Below the pieces are notes generated by a model. It was not told the DNA's origin. It worked only from the letters and a program-made list of their open reading frames with translations, and did not search any database. From Synechocystis sp. PCC 6803 substr. PCC-P (GTDB lineage: Bacteria > Cyanobacteriota > Cyanobacteriia > Cyanobacteriales > Microcystaceae), in assembly GCF_000284455.1 (NCBI RefSeq), contig NC_017039.1:2640001-2672000 (forward strand): DNA of 32,000 bases. The letters are read 5' to 3'. Positions 25,369 through 32,000 of this stretch are shown here, one piece after another. Position 1 is the first letter of the stretch. Each line of letters opens with the position of its first letter. A program made the translations under genes and the position numbers.

Positions 25369-26799
25369 TCAGCGGTTAATGGGGAAAAAATCGTAGCCGG
25401 TCACATGGCTGGGGGAAGGTTTAATTTGCACCAAGGTGGCTTGCCCTGCCCGATCGCCGTTGGGTAAAAAGCGCACTTCCCCGTTAATGGTGCTAGAAAC
25501 AAATTCCGGTTCCGTCAAAACTTTTTGTAAACCTTCACGGCTGGGAGCGACGGCCAAGGCATTGGCCACGACATAAACCGCATCATAGGTGGCCGCCGTA
25601 CGCCAAGACACATCTCCCCCCCAAAACTTGCGGGCCGCCTCGGCAAAGGGACGATTGGCCCCACGCTTGGAACTCCAGGGAATGGCCACCATTAAATCCA
25701 CCATGCTCTGTCCCTGCTCCAACGTTTTAATCGTAGACAGGGGACTATTGCCATAGAGCTTTAACCTTCCTCGGTTGGCATCGCCCAGGGCAAAGGCACG
25801 GTCTAGACGATCGATGTGGGGCAAAATCAGCAATCCCTGGGCCCCGCTGGCAACAATTTCTGCCATTTTGGTTTGGCTGTTGAAATTAGCTTCACTCAGA
25901 TCGCAGACGGTGGGGGCTAACTGGCCGCCGCTGGCCAACAAACCAGTGGTAAATTCCTGGTAAAAAGAAACGCCATCGGGAGCTTTGGAATCGTAGCAAA
26001 CCGCCACTTGGTCCACTTCTTTCCCGACCTGTTGCACCAAGGTTTGGGCGGAGGTATTGATTTGGGGAATAACCCGAAAAATATGGTTGCCAACATTGGT
26101 AATGCCATTGGCGTCGCTGGTGGCGTTGACCAGCACTAATCCCCCCGCTTCGTAGGTAGGGGCCGCACTGAGGGTGGCACTGCTGGCATTGTGTCCCACC
26201 ACCCCCAAAATCTGATTTTGTTTGACTAACTCCCCGGCAAATTGTTGGGCTAAAGTGCCGTCATTGGCATCATTGACAATGGTGATGTGCAGAAAACGAC
26301 CGTCAATCCCGCCCTTTTGATTAATTTCTTCCTGGGCCTGGGCCGCTCCTCGCAAAATTTCCTGGGCAATGTTGAGGCTACTGCCCACCGGGGCCACCAC
26401 CGCTATCTGGAGGGGATTATGGTCTAAAGCCCGCAGATTGTTCAGATAGATCCAGGCTTCCGGGTCGTTGGGGGATTTTTCCAGATATTGAGTTAACTGT
26501 TGCAACGCTTCCTGGTTTTTACCCCCGGCGATCGCCTTGGAAGCAAATAGTTTAGTTTCGTTATCCATGGTGGGAACAAGCACCTTTTCCCCCGTGCTGA
26601 CATTGGCTTGTAATTCCCTTGGCATGGACCCCGTGGTGGATAAACCGGGCCCCACCGTAGCAGGATTCATTCTATTAAATAAAAACCAACCTCCCCCTCC
26701 CACAATGCCCAAGGTGACTAACAACGCACCGATTAAAATGGGAATCTCGTTTTTGTTGGACATATTGGTACTCACACTTAAGGGCAACCGACCAAACAC
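25369..26799 (-). CDS. Membrane-anchored periplasmic-binding-protein type 1 (LivK/Leu-Ile-Val-binding-like) protein with a TPR-like segment
   Basis: ORF track, 476 aa. The track start is GTG 26799. ATG at 26763 (MSNKNEIPILIGALLVTLGIV...) is more likely. One N-terminal TM helix, a TPR-like KNQEALQQLTQYLEKSPNDPEAWIYLNNL segment, then a PBP1-like alternating beta/alpha region (IAVVAPVGS...GVVGHNASS...). No ABC permease or ATPase gene is adjacent. Confidence 0.7.
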   Translation of the reverse strand: MFGRLPLSVSTNMSNKNEIPILIGALLVTLGIVGGGGWFLFNRMNPATVGPGLSTTGSMPRELQANVSTGEKVLVPTMDNETKLFASKAIAGGKNQEALQQLTQYLEKSPNDPEAWIYLNNLRALDHNPLQIAVVAPVGSSLNIAQEILRGAAQAQEEINQKGGIDGRFLHITIVNDANDGTLAQQFAGELVKQNQILGVVGHNASSATLSAAPTYEAGGLVLVNATSDANGITNVGNHIFRVIPQINTSAQTLVQQVGKEVDQVAVCYDSKAPDGVSFYQEFTTGLLASGGQLAPTVCDLSEANFNSQTKMAEIVASGAQGLLILPHIDRLDRAFALGDANRGRLKLYGNSPLSTIKTLEQGQSMVDLMVAIPWSSKRGANRPFAEAARKFWGGDVSWRTAATYDAVYVVANALAVAPSREGLQKVLTEPEFVSSTINGEVRFLPNGDRAGQATLVQIKPSPSHVTGYDFFPINR

Positions 26800-26915
26800 A
26801 GCTTGGTAGGCATCAAGGGTATTCTTTCCAACATACTAGACCTCAAAGCCTGTCCCCATGGTTTCCCTCTGCTGTAGTTACCGAAAGACGATCGCCTTTT
26901 GACTACGGTTCATCG

Positions 26916-27983
26916 ATGGGAAAATGTTCTTATCGATTCATTTCCTTGCAAACCTTGACCCCTAATTCTTTGCTTGATCACTCGCCCAACCCCACCATTT
27001 GGGCAAAACCCTTGCAAATTGGTTCCCTAACTCTCCACAGCCGGGTGCTCCAGTCCCCTTTATCGGGGGTGACGGATTTGGTTTTTCGGCGTTTGGTGCG
27101 GCGCTATGCTCCCCAGGCCATGCTCTACACGGAAATGGTCAGCGCCACAGAAATCCACCATCTCCGTACTTTGCCCCAGGTGATGGAAATTGATCCCCGG
27201 GAAAATCCCATCAGTATCCAACTGTTTGACTGTCGGCCGGACTTTATGGCGGAAGCGGCCCAGAAAGCGGTGGCCCAGGGAGCCCAATCGGTGGACATTA
27301 ATATGGGCTGTCCGGTCAATAAAATCACCAAAAAGGGGGGCGGTTCGTCCCTTCTGCGGCAACCGGCAGTGGCCGAAGCGATTGTTAAAACTGTGGTGGC
27401 AGCGGTGGATGTGCCTGTTACTGTCAAAACTCGCCTCGGTTGGGATGATGGGGAAATTAATATTGTCGAATTTGCCCAAAGATTGCAGGATGCGGGGGCG
27501 CAAATGTTGACCCTCCATGGCCGCACCAGGGCCCAGGGCTATAACGGCCGGGCCCGGTGGCAGTGGATTGCCAAAGTTAAACAAGCTCTGACCATACCCG
27601 TCATTGCCAATGGCGATATTTTTTCGGTAGAAGCGGCGATCGCCTGTTTAGAGGAAACCGGGGCGGACGGAGTGATGTGTTCCCGGGGCAGTTTGGGCTA
27701 TCCCTTTTTAGTGGGGGAAATTGAGCATTTTTTTAAAACTGGGGAAAAACGAAAAGCTCCCACGGTCGCAGAAAAATTAACCTGTGCCCAGGAACATCTA
27801 CAAATGCTTTGGGAATATAAGGGGCAACGAGGACTTTTCCAAGCCCGGAAACATTTAGCTTGGTACTGCAAAGATTTTCCCGGAGCGGCAGCGTTACGGG
27901 AACAACTTTTTCAGATCAATTCTGTACAGGAAGGCAAAGATTTACTGGATCAAGCTATCAGCACAGCAAAATTGTGCCTGTAA
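26916..27983 (+). CDS. dusB: tRNA-dihydrouridine synthase (NifR3/DusB family)
   Basis: ORF track, 355 aa. SPLSGVTDLVFRRL, DINMGCPVNKITKKGGGSSLL, LTLHGRTR. It has a ~30-aa N-terminal extension and the internal start is uncertain. Confidence 0.88.
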   Translation: MGKCSYRFISLQTLTPNSLLDHSPNPTIWAKPLQIGSLTLHSRVLQSPLSGVTDLVFRRLVRRYAPQAMLYTEMVSATEIHHLRTLPQVMEIDPRENPISIQLFDCRPDFMAEAAQKAVAQGAQSVDINMGCPVNKITKKGGGSSLLRQPAVAEAIVKTVVAAVDVPVTVKTRLGWDDGEINIVEFAQRLQDAGAQMLTLHGRTRAQGYNGRARWQWIAKVKQALTIPVIANGDIFSVEAAIACLEETGADGVMCSRGSLGYPFLVGEIEHFFKTGEKRKAPTVAEKLTCAQEHLQMLWEYKGQRGLFQARKHLAWYCKDFPGAAALREQLFQINSVQEGKDLLDQAISTAKLCL

Positions 27984-29729
27984 TGATTTTAACCATTGGG
28001 CCTCTTGGTGGCGATCGCCAATTATTTCCAAAACTCTGATGGGGCTAGAATTATTGCTTGGCCATTGTTCCTTCAAATCCCAAAGGTTAGTAATGATTTT
28101 GTGTTCCACTCCATAGGTGCGACAAAGTTGCCCAAAATCCACTCCTTGGGGGGTAGCAAAATAGGTTTCAAACACATCTTCGCACTGGGCAATGGGTAGG
28201 GTTTGGAAAATACCACCGCCGTTATTGTTGAGCAAGATAATAGTTAAATTACCTCGCATTTGGCTCTGATTTAAAAAGCCATTACTGTCATGCAATAGGG
28301 ATAGATCACCAGTTAACAAAACTGTTTCACCCCGACTCCGGTGAGCAATACCCATGGCAGTGGAAAGGGTGCCATCAATGCCGTTAGCGCCCCGGTTAAC
28401 AAAAATACGATGGTGATCGCCGTTGGCAGGCCAGAAAAATTCCAGCCAGCGCACAGGCAAACTATTCGCCACGAACAAATTGGTTTGGGGCGGTAAACAA
28501 TGGGCTAATTGGGCCACCATTAAAGGGGTGTGGGCATCAGCTAGGGCAGAAATGATGATTGTTTGGCTTTGGCGTTGTTTTTCCAGCCAACTATGGGCAT
28601 AATTTTTTTGTTCTGCATCAGGAATGAAACCCTGGTTATGTATATATTCGGCTACTTGGGCAACACTGGCAGATAGGTAAATCGTTTGTCCTTGCAGGGG
28701 GTCTAAATTTTCCCCATGGAAATTCAAAATGTAACGGGGACAATCAATGGTGCCCAACCAATGCCGCAACGCCTTACTAGTGGGTAATTCGCCGATTTGA
28801 ATAATTTGTTCTGGCACTAACTGTTCTGCCCAACGGGGGCAACGGATCAGAAAATCATAATTGGTAATTAAAGCAGTCTGGCCATCGTCATAATTACGCA
28901 AAGAACAAAGGGCATCACACAATACGGGATATCCCAACCCCCTGGCGATCGCCAAAATATCAGTTAACAGACTGGGCGTTTCACCACCGGGCATAACTCC
29001 CACCAGAATCAAACCCAATGGGCTAAAGTCCAGTTGGGGTGAGGGGAAAGAGAAAATGGAAAAATTAACGGGTAGGGAAATGGCTTCTCCCCGATTCATG
29101 GTCGTAAAGGTTGTTAGCCCCCGGTAAAAATGCTCTTTGCTAAATTCTTCAGCTAAGTGCTGTAAGGACTCTCGGGCATGTTCGAGAGGCACCAGGGGTT
29201 CGTCAAAGGGACAATTAAGATGCACCACCCCCAACCCAGGCCAAAAACATTTTTGCCAACTATGGAGCGCCGTTTGCCGCAGATAATGGCAATAGTCCAT
29301 GTTTGGCTCCGGTAAAGCCAATTCCGTTTGCCACTGGGGATAGTGGCCATAGAGCTTGGTTTGGTCAATGGTTTGCCCGGCCCGGCAATGACGTAATCTG
29401 GGGGGGCGATCGCCGGTTAGAACCAACAAAGGTACCTGACTGTAATGGGCTTCAATAATGGCAGGCAAAAAATTGGCCGCCGCTGTTCCGGAAGTACACA
29501 CCAATGCCACTGGTTGCCCTGTGCGTTTGCCATGGCCCAAGGCAAAAAAGCTAGCGGAACGTTCATCTAAACTAACAACGCAATCAATGCCCCCATGGCG
29601 GGCCAAAGCCACCGTCAAAGGACTGGAACGGGAACCAGGACAAATCACCGCTTGTTGGAGTCCCAATCGAAATAAGGTTTCCACCAACACAGAGGCGGCC
29701 AGGGTATTGGGGTTAGTGAAATCAACCAT
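27942..29729 (-). CDS. menD: SEPHCHC synthase MenD (phylloquinone/menaquinone biosynthesis, ThDP-dependent)
   Basis: ORF track, 595 aa. PGSRSSPLT at the N-terminus and the ThDP motif GDLSLLHDSNGF...LLNNNGGGIF. Confidence 0.92.
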   Translation of the reverse strand: MVDFTNPNTLAASVLVETLFRLGLQQAVICPGSRSSPLTVALARHGGIDCVVSLDERSASFFALGHGKRTGQPVALVCTSGTAAANFLPAIIEAHYSQVPLLVLTGDRPPRLRHCRAGQTIDQTKLYGHYPQWQTELALPEPNMDYCHYLRQTALHSWQKCFWPGLGVVHLNCPFDEPLVPLEHARESLQHLAEEFSKEHFYRGLTTFTTMNRGEAISLPVNFSIFSFPSPQLDFSPLGLILVGVMPGGETPSLLTDILAIARGLGYPVLCDALCSLRNYDDGQTALITNYDFLIRCPRWAEQLVPEQIIQIGELPTSKALRHWLGTIDCPRYILNFHGENLDPLQGQTIYLSASVAQVAEYIHNQGFIPDAEQKNYAHSWLEKQRQSQTIIISALADAHTPLMVAQLAHCLPPQTNLFVANSLPVRWLEFFWPANGDHHRIFVNRGANGIDGTLSTAMGIAHRSRGETVLLTGDLSLLHDSNGFLNQSQMRGNLTIILLNNNGGGIFQTLPIAQCEDVFETYFATPQGVDFGQLCRTYGVEHKIITNLWDLKEQWPSNNSSPIRVLEIIGDRHQEAQWLKSLQAQFCCADSLIQ

Positions 29730-31797
29730 GGCCCACGCTCAAATCAATTAGGCTCGACGATGGTTGGTTTTGTTCGCCATTACCTTGGCTGAGGTTAAGC
29801 ATTGCCACCGTTAGGGTCGCAATAATAATCACCATGCCCCCTGCAATTAATAACTGGCTGGTTTTGGAAAGGGTAAGAAATTTGGCAGCCAAGCTCCTCG
29901 ACCGGTGAGTCTTGTTTAGTTGTTCTGCCATGACGGTCGGAGGATCTAGGGGCGGATTGAGGGGAATTTCTTCCGGAGGCAGGGGCGGTTGGGTATCAAA
30001 GGGACGGGAAGCCAAGGATTCCTTGGGGTCCTGTTGGGGGATGGGATGCTCCGGTTCCGTTTCCTTCGGTTTGGACACTGGCCTTTGGCTAAAGTCAGGA
30101 TAGGCGATCGCCTTGAGTCCCAATTCCGTATCTCCAGTAAAATCTTCCTCTGGGGAATCTCCCTCCGGATCATTTATCTCTGCTTCCGCCGCCGCTTTTT
30201 CCGCCTGGGTAGGGGTGGGGACGGAGGGGGAAATCTGACAATGAATTAAAGCCACGGAAACATTGTCATGGCCATTAACTTGGTTGGCCAATTCAATTAA
30301 CCGGGGCACCGCTTCTGCCACCGGGCGATCGCCTTGTAGCACTGGGAGAAAATCATCTTGCCAATACTGTTCGACCCGATTGTAGTCACAAAAACCATCG
30401 GAACAGAGCAAAAATAGACAATCCGTCGGCACAATTAAGCGTTGAATGATGGGATGAAGTTGGGCCGAGGGCCCCAAACCCACTGCCTGGGTTAATGCCC
30501 CCGATCTGGGTAACTCCACCGCATGGCGATAGAGCATCAGTCCCAGCCGCACTTCCCGGGATGCCACATCATCGTCCACCGTCACCTGTTTACAACTGTC
30601 CGCCGTTAACCAATAGCAACGGGAATCCCCCACATTGGCCAGGAAAAATTGTTGAAAATCCGCCAGGGCCATCACCAGGGTTGTGCCCATCCGTTCCCGT
30701 TCTGTTCTTTCCTCCCGGTCATTGCGCCGATTGAGTTGCTCGTTAACTTCTTGGATGTCTTCCTTGAGGTGCTGGATGAAAGTGCGGATTTGCTCCGGCT
30801 CATTCATTTGTTTTTGAATTTTGGAAATTACCCGAACGGGTAAATGTTCAATCACCCACTGGGAAGCAATTTCTCCCCCTTCCTGGCCCCCCACCCCGTC
30901 ACAAATCAGAGTCATGGTGTTGGCCAACTGTTGCCCTTCAATGGGGGTTTCACTGACGGGAAAACAAGCATCTTCGTTGTGGTCTCGACTGGGGCCCCCA
31001 TCGGTCAAAGCAAAAACCGTGTAACTAAAATCGTACTGCTCTGCTAAGGACTGAATGCCCGTATCCAATACCCTCAGTAAATGGTCAGCGTGGGGAATTT
31101 TGCCCTGTTTTAGTTTTTTCCATAGGGTCTGACAAAAATCGGCGATCGCCGGATGGGCATTGGTTAATAGTGGCTCCCAGACTCCTGCCAAATACTTCAT
31201 CTCATAGAATTGATGCTCATCTAGCTTTAACTGCTGGAGTAATACCTGGGGGCCTTGCACCCTCAACCAATCAAACTCCAACAGGCTAGACACCACCCCC
31301 TGCCGTTGCAGCGGTTGCCAAAGGCGAATCATTTGCCAGAGCCAAGTTAACTGCTGTAAGGGACAAGCATGCTCCCACATTTCCCCCAGGGAAGGTAACA
31401 ACTGTTCATGGACAGGTTCCCCTGCTTGATCCAGCGCCACCGGGCCATAGTCCAACAGCCACACCGATAAATCCTTTTCCTCATCCCAACTAGGAAAATA
31501 GTCGTACACCTCCGGCACATTGAGACGAAAGGGCAATAGCTTTTGGTAGGGCAAAATATAATTCGGGATTTCCTCTGGCCCCTCGACCCCCAGGGCCGGC
31601 GTAGTGTCCAACAACACCTGGGGCCGCACCAACAGATAACGTTCCAGTAGCAGTTCCCCCGGTTGGTAGGCCTTGATCCAGTCCCCCACCGACCACAGAT
31701 ACCTTTTCAGCAGAGGAGTCCGGCAGGTTTTGCACAGGCGATCGCCTAGGTCATTGGGGGCTTGACAATCGCAGTTGGAGCAGTGGACAGTCGGCAC
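29722..31797 (-). CDS. Multidomain signalling protein: N-terminal Zn-ribbon, kinase-like (apparently inactive) domain, PP2C/PPM phosphatase, Pro-rich linker and C-terminal TM anchor
   Basis: ORF track, 691 aa. CSNCDCQAPNDLGDRLCKTC is a CxxC...CxxC pair. The PPM motifs are SRDHNEDA, ICDGVGGQEGG, GTTLV, NVGDSRCY, LLCSDGF and DNVSVALI. The C-terminal helix is LLIAGGMVIIIATLTVAML. Confidence 0.85.
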   Translation of the reverse strand: MPTVHCSNCDCQAPNDLGDRLCKTCRTPLLKRYLWSVGDWIKAYQPGELLLERYLLVRPQVLLDTTPALGVEGPEEIPNYILPYQKLLPFRLNVPEVYDYFPSWDEEKDLSVWLLDYGPVALDQAGEPVHEQLLPSLGEMWEHACPLQQLTWLWQMIRLWQPLQRQGVVSSLLEFDWLRVQGPQVLLQQLKLDEHQFYEMKYLAGVWEPLLTNAHPAIADFCQTLWKKLKQGKIPHADHLLRVLDTGIQSLAEQYDFSYTVFALTDGGPSRDHNEDACFPVSETPIEGQQLANTMTLICDGVGGQEGGEIASQWVIEHLPVRVISKIQKQMNEPEQIRTFIQHLKEDIQEVNEQLNRRNDREERTERERMGTTLVMALADFQQFFLANVGDSRCYWLTADSCKQVTVDDDVASREVRLGLMLYRHAVELPRSGALTQAVGLGPSAQLHPIIQRLIVPTDCLFLLCSDGFCDYNRVEQYWQDDFLPVLQGDRPVAEAVPRLIELANQVNGHDNVSVALIHCQISPSVPTPTQAEKAAAEAEINDPEGDSPEEDFTGDTELGLKAIAYPDFSQRPVSKPKETEPEHPIPQQDPKESLASRPFDTQPPLPPEEIPLNPPLDPPTVMAEQLNKTHRSRSLAAKFLTLSKTSQLLIAGGMVIIIATLTVAMLNLSQGNGEQNQPSSSLIDLSVGHG

Positions 31798-31927
31798 AGC
31801 ATTACCCCTCGAACAAATTTCTGATTAATTTTAAGGAAATATGCAATCTTAAGAACATTTCCAAAAAGTTGTAATAGGCTAAAAGAGAAAAAACCGCCAT
31901 TGTTTGCAAAATTGCCCCACGAGGATT

Positions 31928-32000
31928 ATGAGCGTTGAAGCTGTCATCGAAAACCGAGACTACACCCTAATGATCGATAAAAGCAGTAGCATGGCCACCG
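31928..32000 (+). CDS. vWA-domain protein, N-terminal 24 codons only (runs off the window)
   Basis: Not in the ORF track because it is open at the edge. ATG 31928 gives MSVEAVIENRDYTLMIDKSSSMAT. A hydrophobic strand followed by D-x-S-x-S (DKSSS) is the MIDAS signature that opens von Willebrand A domains. Confidence 0.5.
   Translation, partial: MSVEAVIENRDYTLMIDKSSSMAT

Noticed and set aside
27060-27584. 174-aa and 133-aa ORFs antisense to dusB
   Set aside because: Same reasoning: shadow ORFs inside a CDS with clear Dus-family motifs, and no SD or domain signal.
1-32000. Search for CRISPR arrays, IS or transposase genes, integrases, toxin-antitoxin pairs, restriction-modification genes or other defence genes
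   Set aside because: I found none on either strand. The only repeats seen are HIP1 sites and the short intergenic repeats reported above. The window behaves as conserved core chromosome.

Overview
This window looks like core chromosome of a unicellular cyanobacterium, almost certainly Synechocystis sp. PCC 6803 or a near-identical strain. That call rests on about one HIP1 octamer (GCGATCGC) per kb and on gene order recalled from memory; no database search was possible. The order is: PstS-like phosphate binder, pentapeptide-repeat protein, tRNA-Arg(CCG), rpsN, vipp1, small membrane ORF, MBL-fold protein, secA, mnx (UPF0016/GDT1 Mn exporter), DUF4253-like ORF, ruvB, fused thiO-thiG, PD-(D/E)XK-like protein, ygfZ, hypothetical, cobS, small membrane ORF, hypothetical, glyQ, mscS-like, sensor kinase (probably manS/hik27), DUF3593 and ycf49-like pair, BT1 folate transporter, site-2 protease, membrane-anchored PBP1-type binding protein, dusB, menD, Zn-ribbon/PP2C protein, and the first 24 codons of a vWA protein. 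About 90% of the window is coding, mostly housekeeping genes. I found no CRISPR array, IS element, transposase, integrase, prophage or recognisable defence island, so I cannot honestly claim a clear novel system. The most system-like candidate is the right-edge module: a Zn-ribbon, kinase-like (apparently dead), PP2C and TM protein that overlaps menD by 8 nt and sits divergent to a vWA (MIDAS) gene. The main non-coding signals are: (1) a three-unit Pho-box array upstream of the PstS-like gene; (2) a ~21% G+C island upstream of mnx with four exactly 11-bp-phased TTCAT repeats; (3) a two-tier hairpin with competing pairings downstream of thiG; (4) an 18-nt motif present three times; (5) a repeat-rich, structured 400-nt intergenic region upstream of the folate transporter; (6) a G5/C5/G5 alternative-hairpin element upstream of the kinase.
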